DNA from: a virus
Lineage: Duplodnaviria; Caudoviricetes
Strand: one strand, 5' to 3'
Virus record (IMG/VR): IMGVR_UViG_641201351_000001
Span: 32,001 to 96,000 of that record
DNA length: 64,000 nt
The notes beneath the pieces are model-generated. The model was not told the DNA's origin. It ran no database searches and saw only the letters and a program-made list of their open reading frames with translations. A program made the position numbers and the translations under genes. Shown here piece after piece: positions 57,796 to 64,000 of this stretch (its first letter is position 1; the number at the start of each line of letters is the position of its first letter).

Positions 57796-58221
57796 TCAAA
57801 ACACTTCATGAATTTTCACATATTCAACTTCTCCGAAAAATACATAAGCTAGATTACTTTTATCGTGAAACCCCAAAATCGGTTTATGTATCAAAAAGAG
57901 ATTTCTTTTAAACTTCCCATTCAAATATGAAGTTATCAAATCTTCGTAAGTTTCCATTGGAAACATATAAAGAACTTCTGATGTTCTTAAATTTTCAAAG
58001 TATTCTATAGGTTTTAATTCTTCCTCTAAAACAAACATTTTTATTCCCTCCCAACGATTAAATGCAACTTTGTAATTACGAAATTCTTTTTTGTAGGCTT
58101 CAAAAGCATTTTCAAAGGTTTTGTAATAGTAAATTTTGTAAGTATATCTCTTTAAGTGTATCTTTGGATTGTAGTAGGGTTTTACATAGAAATATTTTTT
58201 ACCCTTGACCTCCAATGTCAT
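57796..58221 (-). CDS. Hypothetical protein, paralogue of 57349..57783 (ends HEVF)
   Basis: AGGAGGTGA SD; colinear similarity to the neighbour. Confidence 0.85.
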   Translation of the reverse strand: MTLEVKGKKYFYVKPYYNPKIHLKRYTYKIYYYKTFENAFEAYKKEFRNYKVAFNRWEGIKMFVLEEELKPIEYFENLRTSEVLYMFPMETYEDLITSYLNGKFKRNLFLIHKPILGFHDKSNLAYVFFGEVEYVKIHEVF

Positions 58222-58239
58222 GACTCACCTCCTAGCATC

Positions 58240-58268
58240 AGGCTAACACAAGGGGTGCTAAAAGGCAA
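58240..58268 (-). promoter_or_regulatory. Sigma70-type promoter
   Basis: TTGCCT-17 nt-TAGCCT with TG extension. Confidence 0.6.
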
Positions 58269-58369
58269 GAAGGGCTTTGGTGTGGAAAAGGGTATTAAAA
58301 TAGGGGGCCCAAAAATATGTGGATAGCGTTTACTTAGTTTTGGCAAAAATAAAAACAAAAAATAATTTC

Positions 58370-58479
58370 CTAGAAAATCTCTAGTGGAAAAATTTCAAAA
58401 ACTTCTATATCTCCGAACAAAAGATTTCTCTATGTACTATTGGTCTAGTTTTCATTACAAACGGAATGTTTATGTTCAC
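58370..58479 (-). pseudogene. Frameshifted 3' remnant of the 57349/57796 family
   Basis: MKTRPIV in one frame and RNLLFGDIEVFEIFPLEIF-stop in another; compare HKPILG..FGEVEYVKIHEVF. Confidence 0.45.
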
Positions 58480-58480
58480 C

Positions 58481-58927
58481 TCAAAAGTAAGGAAAATAGT
58501 CAGGGAAAAATATTAAGTCTACAAGTATTCTCTTCTTCGGATTATATCTATGTGTACTTTCGGCAAAAGACAATATGATTGTATCAGGAACTAAACCTTT
58601 CCTATACGCAGATATTACCTTTTTGTGAATAAAAGGATGTGGGTTTTTAATAAATTCAAAAATGTTTTTGGATTTTCTATAGTTAAGCCTGAAGTTATAG
58701 GGTGTAAAGGTAAAATATTGGTTTAGCATTAAAAACGCCTTAATACCAATATCTACAGGAATATCTGTACTTACATACTTGTATCCGCTATATTTGTGGT
58801 CTTCCTTTAATCCGTATCCTTGAGGATTAAGAAATTCATTTACATCTTGAGCATACTTTTCTAAAATTTTCTTAAAGTGCGAACTTTTTACAATATAAAG
58901 TTTTGCGTAAGTGCTGCTTGCAACCAT
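58481..58927 (-). CDS. Hypothetical protein (ends FPYF)
   Basis: Leaderless behind the promoter at 58934-58962. Confidence 0.75.
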   Translation of the reverse strand: MVASSTYAKLYIVKSSHFKKILEKYAQDVNEFLNPQGYGLKEDHKYSGYKYVSTDIPVDIGIKAFLMLNQYFTFTPYNFRLNYRKSKNIFEFIKNPHPFIHKKVISAYRKGLVPDTIILSFAESTHRYNPKKRILVDLIFFPDYFPYF

Positions 58928-58933
58928 GCTTGT

Positions 58934-58962
58934 ACCCTATCACACACCAGGGGAATAGTCAA
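58934..58962 (-). promoter_or_regulatory. Sigma70-type promoter (leaderless)
   Basis: TTGACT-17 nt-TAGGGT with TG extension, then 6 nt and ATG. Confidence 0.65.
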
Positions 58963-58992
58963 GGGGGGCTTAGCGTTTACTTAATTTTGGGT

Positions 58993-59020
58993 AAAAGAAA
59001 AACCTCCCCTTTCGGGGAGG
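58993..59020 (-). terminator. Repeated terminator CCTCCCC-loop-GGGGAGG
   Basis: Hairpin plus T run. Confidence 0.85.
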
Positions 59021-59035
59021 CTTGTATTCTTCTTG

Positions 59036-59266
59036 CTATTCAACCAAGATTTTCCTCACTTTACCATTCCTTTCCTCAACCCTAACCTTACCATATTTAG
59101 TATCCTCGTAGCCAATCACTTTCCATGTAGTATTCTTGCGGCAATCTTCACAATATTTAGGAGGACGGGTTTTGCTTTCGGTAACAAACTCCTTTTGGCA
59201 CTTTTGGCACACAATCAAGACCTTCTTTACATGAACATTACGGACCTTCTTTTCGTTCTTGCCCAT
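59036..59266 (-). CDS. Basic Zn-ribbon protein, paralogue of 54909..55154
   Basis: CQKCQKEF..PPKYCEDCR; GGAGGTGA SD before ATG 59266. Confidence 0.85.
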   Translation of the reverse strand: MGKNEKKVRNVHVKKVLIVCQKCQKEFVTESKTRPPKYCEDCRKNTTWKVIGYEDTKYGKVRVEERNGKVRKILVE

Positions 59267-59285
59267 CTTCTTCACCTCCACCCCC

Positions 59286-59314
59286 AAGATACCACAAAGA
59301 AAGATGATTGTCAA
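59286..59314 (-). promoter_or_regulatory. Sigma70-type promoter
   Basis: TTGACA-17 nt-TATCTT with TG extension. Confidence 0.85.
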
Positions 59315-59416
59315 GGGGGGATTGAGAAGATTGACCTCGGTTGGGCTGGTTTTGCGTGAACTTCAGACTGCAAAGTTGCGAAGTTTGGAAGGGGATTGTT
59401 AAAAATAAACGCTTAA

Positions 59417-59824
59417 TCATAAATTGTCAGTTTCTTTATTTTCTTCTAGTTCCCTCAACTTTTTAGCATAAAACCACTCTAAGAAGATGATAAAAAGTGT
59501 GTTAAATAGGAGATAAAGAACTAAGTCATTTGTATAAATCTTTTTTGTTATCATTTCTGTGGCAAAAAGAAAAATAAATTGAATTACAATGAAAGCTAAT
59601 ATTAAAATCCTTAAAAGGGGAATATCTTTGAAATCTGGATAAGTTTTCAAATAAGAGTCCTCAGCTTTTTTGCCAAAATTCATCATGAATATCGCAAACA
59701 AAATATAAAATTCCTTTTCGCTTAAAGCTAATAATTTTGCAACAATAAAAGAAAATGCGTTATAAATTAAATAGAAAAACATTGACATTCTTATTGATTG
59801 TATTTGTGCTTCATGCTTGTTCAC
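59417..59824 (-). CDS. Four-TM membrane protein
   Basis: GAGGTG SD, GTG start, four hydrophobic segments. Confidence 0.75.
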   Translation of the reverse strand: MNKHEAQIQSIRMSMFFYLIYNAFSFIVAKLLALSEKEFYILFAIFMMNFGKKAEDSYLKTYPDFKDIPLLRILILAFIVIQFIFLFATEMITKKIYTNDLVLYLLFNTLFIIFLEWFYAKKLRELEENKETDNL

Positions 59825-59834
59825 TTTTCACCTC

Positions 59835-60380
59835 TCAGAAAGAAATGTTCTTTTTAACAAGGTAAGCGTTAGCGTACACTCTGAAAATATCTTCTCTTTC
59901 ACCTTTAAACTCTACTTCTAACCTAAAAATTTTTATTGGCACAAAAAGATACGCTGGTATTCTTTGTAGAATTTGCAAATCATTACATGCTTTAAAAAGC
60001 TCTTTAAAGGACTTAAAGAAAAATGCATGGTTTTCTACTCTTTTTAAATTTCTTGAAATTTCTAAAAAAAACTCAGAATCAGCAGATCCTTTTACTGCAA
60101 GTGTTCTTGCTACACTAGCGGGATAAAGAAGCCAATATATGTCTTTCAAATCCACACTTTCTACCGAAACAAGTTTAAGATTTTTTAGTTTTAATATTTG
60201 CGGCCCTAACCCTTCATTTAGCATTTTAAAATCTTTTTCTATTTGAGAAAAATCATCTATGAAAACAACTTTGTTGCTAACGATTGAAGCCAATTTTTCA
60301 GACATTTTTTGAATATAGTCTTTTTCATTAAAGACTGCATATCGTTTATGTAAAACATCTAAGAATGGTGGTACTTCCAT
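59835..60380 (-). CDS. Hypothetical protein (ends NISF)
   Basis: GGAGGTGA SD behind a promoter. Confidence 0.8.
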   Translation of the reverse strand: MEVPPFLDVLHKRYAVFNEKDYIQKMSEKLASIVSNKVVFIDDFSQIEKDFKMLNEGLGPQILKLKNLKLVSVESVDLKDIYWLLYPASVARTLAVKGSADSEFFLEISRNLKRVENHAFFFKSFKELFKACNDLQILQRIPAYLFVPIKIFRLEVEFKGEREDIFRVYANAYLVKKNISF

Positions 60381-60405
60381 TTAGGTTCACCTCCCCCCAA
60401 GAGGG

Positions 60406-60434
60406 AGTGTAACACAAGCCTAGGCGCTTGTCAA
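60406..60434 (-). promoter_or_regulatory. Sigma70-type promoter
   Basis: TTGACA-17 nt-TACACT with TG extension. Confidence 0.85.
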
Positions 60435-60502
60435 GAGCGCTTGATAAATGTGTATATATTTTGATAGCGTTTATTTGTTTTATGACAAAACAAAAAAATT
60501 CC

Positions 60503-61045
60503 TTAAAATATCTCGTTAAGGCTATACAAATACATCTTTCCTAGCATTGCAGAAACCTCTATTTTTAGAGAGGTTTCTTCAGGTTTTGTATTTTCAAAGG
60601 TTATGTAATAATCGGGAATAAAGATTTGACCTTTTTTAAAATCAAAGATGTTGTCAATAGCGTAAAAGTATTTTTTGCTTACAACTTTAACTCTTATTTT
60701 GTCGCTATAAATTCCATTTATTCCATTTGCTGGAACAGCATAATCTGCTATGTAAAAAGCTATATCGTTTTTAAAAGTTTTTATTTTTCTTGGCGCAAAT
60801 TTGTCAAGTAGCGATTCAAAAGGTGCGGATCTATAGTGATAAAGATTTTTAACAAATAAAGTTCCCAAATCAAGAATTGTGTCTATATCATATTTGTCTT
60901 CCTCAAAAATCATCATTGGAAGCCTTTTCTTTTCATTAAAGTCAAACTTTTTACCATTCTGAGTAATGTAGTATCTGAAGATAACAAGAACTTCATCAGA
61001 AAATTTTTTCTCAAAAACTTCAGTATTTACGATGTTTCTAATCAT
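60503..61045 (-). CDS. Hypothetical protein (ends NEIF)
   Basis: TAATG coupling; AGGAGGTG SD inside the upstream gene. Confidence 0.8.
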   Translation of the reverse strand: MIRNIVNTEVFEKKFSDEVLVIFRYYITQNGKKFDFNEKKRLPMMIFEEDKYDIDTILDLGTLFVKNLYHYRSAPFESLLDKFAPRKIKTFKNDIAFYIADYAVPANGINGIYSDKIRVKVVSKKYFYAIDNIFDFKKGQIFIPDYYITFENTKPEETSLKIEVSAMLGKMYLYSLNEIF

Positions 61046-61575
61046 TAAAACACCTCCTCTATTTTGTATTCATACAAAACTCCAATTAATCCTTCTATCA
61101 TTCCAGAAAGTTCATCTGTATCTTTCAAAAGTATTTTCCTTTGTGCAACAAATAAAGTATCGCCTTCTATTACTTCTTTTAAATCTTTTATCTCTTCTAT
61201 TTGAGAAGGCCTAAGATAAACAATAGACATTGTGTAGTCATCAATAACATGTTCGCTATAATCATCAATAAAAACCGAGAAATACTTTTTTTCAATAGCT
61301 TTGCTACAAACAACCTTTGTGCTGAAAGTCTTCAACAAATCTCTCTCAAGAGATAAACATGACAAGTTGTTGTAAAAATACTCAATTGATCTGTAAAAAG
61401 TTTTGTTGTCTACGAAATCAGAAATAATGAAAGATTTGTACAAAGAAAACTCTCCTACTATTTCGTCAGCAAAGCGATTGTTTTCGCTAGGATAATAGTC
61501 TAGTTCTAGATACGCTTTATATCTCTTCAAGATTTTAAAGGACTTTGACTCCAAGAAACCTTCTACTGCTTTCAT
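61045..61575 (-). CDS. Hypothetical protein, paralogue of 62337..62867 (ends EEVF)
   Basis: YKAYLEL.YYP..NRFADEIV and GMIEGL.GVLYEYKIEEVF; likely start MKAVEG. Confidence 0.85.
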   Translation of the reverse strand: MKAVEGFLESKSFKILKRYKAYLELDYYPSENNRFADEIVGEFSLYKSFIISDFVDNKTFYRSIEYFYNNLSCLSLERDLLKTFSTKVVCSKAIEKKYFSVFIDDYSEHVIDDYTMSIVYLRPSQIEEIKDLKEVIEGDTLFVAQRKILLKDTDELSGMIEGLIGVLYEYKIEEVF

Positions 61576-61618
61576 TCTAATCCCCCCCTTCTTAAAGACA
61601 TAATCATAGCAATGAAAC

Positions 61619-62131
61619 TTAAAAAATCTCTTCACGATGCTTTACTCTATATATTCTTCCAACAAAACATTTTTCAATTAATTCTACCCTTTTAAACCAT
61701 CTGCCTTCTCTAAATGACTCAACAACAGAATCAACAATAAGCAAGTAAACTGCAGGATAAAGCATTTCTAAATCTGTTATTCTCTCTCTTATGTAATTCA
61801 CTTCTGAAATCTTCATTCTATCGTAAACATAAGTTGTGTGAATTACTCTTTTGTTAGAAATAACCTTTTTCTCACTACCACTATGAGCTATAATATAGCA
61901 ATCATACTCAGGGTCAAGAACTTGGTAAAAATAAATGTATTTGCGTCCTATCTTGTCAGTTGTTAGCTTAGATATCTTTTTCAAGTATTCCTCTTTGTTC
62001 AAAATCTTCACTTCTCTAGATATGCCGCTATTAGAGAAAAAGTAGTTGGCATCTAAGATTTCTAAAAAAGGCAAAAAGTTTTTGAGGCTTTTGTAATCTT
62101 CTAGTTCTTTAATAATGCTTTCCCCCACCAT
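61619..62131 (-). CDS. Hypothetical protein, paralogue of 63510..64000 (ends EEIF)
   Basis: FLPFLEI, KEEY, DK.GRKY.YF, YDR, YP.VYLL and GRIY shared. Confidence 0.85.
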   Translation of the reverse strand: MVGESIIKELEDYKSLKNFLPFLEILDANYFFSNSGISREVKILNKEEYLKKISKLTTDKIGRKYIYFYQVLDPEYDCYIIAHSGSEKKVISNKRVIHTTYVYDRMKISEVNYIRERITDLEMLYPAVYLLIVDSVVESFREGRWFKRVELIEKCFVGRIYRVKHREEIF

Positions 62132-62148
62132 GACACCTCCCCTCTTAA

Positions 62149-62177
62149 AGGCTACTGCTAAGGCCCTATAAAGTCAA
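62149..62177 (-). promoter_or_regulatory. Sigma70-type promoter
   Basis: TTGACT-17 nt-TAGCCT. Confidence 0.65.
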
Positions 62178-62268
62178 GAAGAGAGAGGCAAGGCTTTATG
62201 AAGCACAAAAGCTAGGGGGGGGAAGATATATTTAGGATAGCGTTTACTTGTTTTTAACGAAACAAAAA

Positions 62269-62337
62269 TCAAAAAGCTTCATTTGGAGTGTGGAAATGTC
62301 TATAAAACGGGGGACTATTTACTATGTCTTTAATCAT
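62269..62337 (-). CDS. 22-aa mini-ORF, internally deleted copy of 60503..61045
   Basis: MIKDIVNSPPFYRHFHTPNEAF; same SD and TGATG coupling as the paralogous junction at 61045. Confidence 0.55.
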   Translation of the reverse strand: MIKDIVNSPPFYRHFHTPNEAF

Positions 62338-62867
62338 CAAAACACCTCCTCTATTTTGTATTCATATAAAACTCCAGCCAATCCTTCTATCATTCCAGGA
62401 AAATCGCTAACATCATCAAGTAATATTTCTCTTTCAGCAACAAATAGTTGGTAGTTTCCTACTAGTTCTCTTAAGCTTTTTACTTCTTCTATTTGTGAAG
62501 GTTTGAGATATGAAACGACTATTGAGCTAACTTCATTGCTATAATCAACATATTCGTCAATAAAAAGCGAATAATATTTTTTGGCAATTCTCTTGCCACT
62601 AATAACTTTCGTATCAAAAGTTTTAAATAAATCTCTTTCTAATGTTAAACCAGACATAACATTGTAGTAATACTCAATGGCCTTGTAAAAGATTTTGTTG
62701 CTTACATAGTCAGAAATAATAAAAGCCTTACAACGAGAAAATTCTTCAACTATTTCGTCTGCAAAACGATTGCTATTGTTTGGATAGTAATTAAGTTCTA
62801 AGTAAGCTTTGTATATCTTTAATGCTTTAAAGTTAGCCGATTTTAAAAATTCCTCTAAAACTTTCAC
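62337..62867 (-). CDS. Hypothetical protein, paralogue of 61045..61575 (ends EEVF)
   Basis: AAGGAGG SD; high colinear similarity. Start 62867-62876. Confidence 0.85.
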   Translation of the reverse strand: MKVLEEFLKSANFKALKIYKAYLELNYYPNNSNRFADEIVEEFSRCKAFIISDYVSNKIFYKAIEYYYNVMSGLTLERDLFKTFDTKVISGKRIAKKYYSLFIDEYVDYSNEVSSIVVSYLKPSQIEEVKSLRELVGNYQLFVAEREILLDDVSDFPGMIEGLAGVLYEYKIEEVF

Positions 62868-62884
62868 CTGCATCACCTCCTTTC

Positions 62885-63373
62885 TCAGAACATGTAATCA
62901 TAGGTCAATAAAAACCCCAGACCTAAAATATTGTGTGTTTCTTTCAATTTTCTAAAGCCTGCATTTAACACAAAAAACTCATCGTACTCCATAATAGGAA
63001 GAAACATAAAGTCTGTAAAATAATCTTCAATATGTGGCTTTACGAATGAGAAAATATTTTCCTCGTTTATTTCTTTAAATAAGATTTTTCCGTTTTCATC
63101 GTTAGTTACAAAAAATAGCTTTTCTTCATCGTAAAACTTAATATTTTTCACTTTTCTATCAGCGTCTTGATCTAAGGAAGCTTTTATTGCAGTATTTAAA
63201 AAATGTTCAAAATTTTTTCCTCCCAGATCAGTTTCGTATATGTGAGAAATCGTTGAAGCCACATCATTATCAAAATAATAGTATTTGATAGTTACTATTG
63301 AAAAGTGTCTTGCTTTAAACATTCCACTAATCTTCTTGATTTTTTCGTTTACTAAGCGAATGTATTCTTTCAT
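62885..63373 (-). CDS. Hypothetical protein (ends DYMF)
   Basis: GGGGGTGA SD before ATG 63373. Confidence 0.8.
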   Translation of the reverse strand: MKEYIRLVNEKIKKISGMFKARHFSIVTIKYYYFDNDVASTISHIYETDLGGKNFEHFLNTAIKASLDQDADRKVKNIKFYDEEKLFFVTNDENGKILFKEINEENIFSFVKPHIEDYFTDFMFLPIMEYDEFFVLNAGFRKLKETHNILGLGFLLTYDYMF

Positions 63374-63392
63374 CTCTTCACCCCCTCGCCTT

Positions 63393-63421
63393 AGTTTAAA
63401 GGACAAAACGCCTTAGGTCAA
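63393..63421 (-). promoter_or_regulatory. Sigma70-type promoter
   Basis: TTGACC-17 nt-TAAACT. Confidence 0.7.
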
Positions 63422-63509
63422 GTAGCGTGCAAGCGCTCAGTTGTCTATATATAGAGGATAGCGTTTATCTAACCTTTCACAAAAAAGAAAAAAATAAAAA
63501 ACAATAATC

Positions 63510-64000
63510 TTAGAATACTTCTTTGCGATATTTGATCTTATATATTCGTCCTAAAGTTGACTCCTCAACTATTTCTATTCTTTTTGTAAACATATTTTCT
63601 TTATAAGACGCAATCCTGTAATCAAGTACCAATAAGTAAACATTTGGATAAATGTTACTAACAAACTCTACTTCTCTTTGGAAGCTTTTTATTTTAATGG
63701 GAGAAGAATTATTAAATCTATCATATATGTAAGAAGGAAAACGCTTTCTAACATTAGATAATATATTGCTTTCTTCCCATTCGTGATAAACTAGATAGTA
63801 TTTCGTTTCAGGGCGAAAAATTTGGTGGAAATATAAATACTTCCTGCCTTTTTTGTCAACTACTAGGCGAGATAAAATTCTAATATATTCTTCTTTTTCT
63901 ATCATTTTTATTTCATTAGAAACTTTCCACCCAGAACGAAAGTATTGTGATTTAATTATCTCAAGGAAAGGAAGAAAAGGTTTAATATCTTGAAAATCAT
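63510..64000 (-). CDS. Hypothetical protein, 5' partial, paralogue of 61619..62131 (ends KEVF)
   Basis: Frame stays open to the window edge (DFQDIKPFLPFLEII..). Confidence 0.85.
   Translation of the reverse strand, partial: DFQDIKPFLPFLEIIKSQYFRSGWKVSNEIKMIEKEEYIRILSRLVVDKKGRKYLYFHQIFRPETKYYLVYHEWEESNILSNVRKRFPSYIYDRFNNSSPIKIKSFQREVEFVSNIYPNVYLLVLDYRIASYKENMFTKRIEIVEESTLGRIYKIKYRKEVF

Larger units (their letters stand above)
52658..63467. repeat. Dispersed intergenic motif (T)AGCGTTTA(CTT) and its reverse TAAACGC(T)
   Basis: Plus-strand copies at 52658, 52771, 53262, 53718, 54309, 54844, 55459, 56005, 57307, 58325, 58972, 60466, 62239, 63460; opposite copies at 53221, 53657, 53665, 53672, 55305, 55344, 56572, 59406. 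Confidence 0.9.

Noticed and set aside
225-62454. Many short antisense or overlapping ORFs in the track (e.g. 29993..30511, 3905..4264, 44612..44938, 55023..55314, 58384..58578, 59033..59359)
   Set aside because: They shadow well-supported genes on the opposite strand and lack SDs, promoters or motifs.
53074-63406. Upstream extensions of early ORFs in the track (starts 53094, 53558, 54300, 56529, 59314, 63406)
   Set aside because: These starts fall inside -10/-35 boxes or upstream of them; strong SDs point to downstream ATGs.
52620-63500. CRISPR array or integron attC array
   Set aside because: Repeats are only 8-18 nt, irregularly spaced and separated by whole genes. They do not fit the GTTRRRY/RYYYAAC attC structure, and no cas or integrase gene is in the window.

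Overview
A 64-kb segment of a large, AT-rich, contractile-tailed (myovirus) phage genome. Gene order and content match what I recall for the Thermus thermophilus phage phiYS40/TMA group; this is recognition from memory and should be confirmed by BLASTN. From 1 to 20.5 kb (mostly + strand): end of a family A DNA polymerase, holin-like genes, dCMP deaminase, RuvC-like resolvase, split class II ribonucleotide reductase, a GroES-like co-chaperonin, a thioredoxin-like protein, baseplate/fibre-like genes, a muramidase, a complete YeaH(vWA)-SpoVR-PrkA(AAA+) trio, dNMP kinase and tRNA-Thr(UGU). From 20.5 to 52.6 kb (- strand): terminase, two tail-tube-like genes, sheath, neck, major capsid, prohead protease/scaffold, three giant proteins (one with a zincin motif, one SNF2-type helicase) that share an N-terminal motif, and two Tyr-rich paralogues. 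From 52.6 to 64 kb (- strand): an array of short transcription units with 14 sigma70-type promoters, near-identical terminators, a recurrent AGCGTTTA motif in almost every spacer, and an expanded protein family nearly all ending in E-[VI]-F. Many genes appear leaderless. Best candidates for undescribed biology: the cassette array with its spacer motif and E[VI]F-tailed family, the giant head-cargo proteins with a shared N-terminal domain and K-S/A processing sites, and the phage-borne PrkA-YeaH-SpoVR system.
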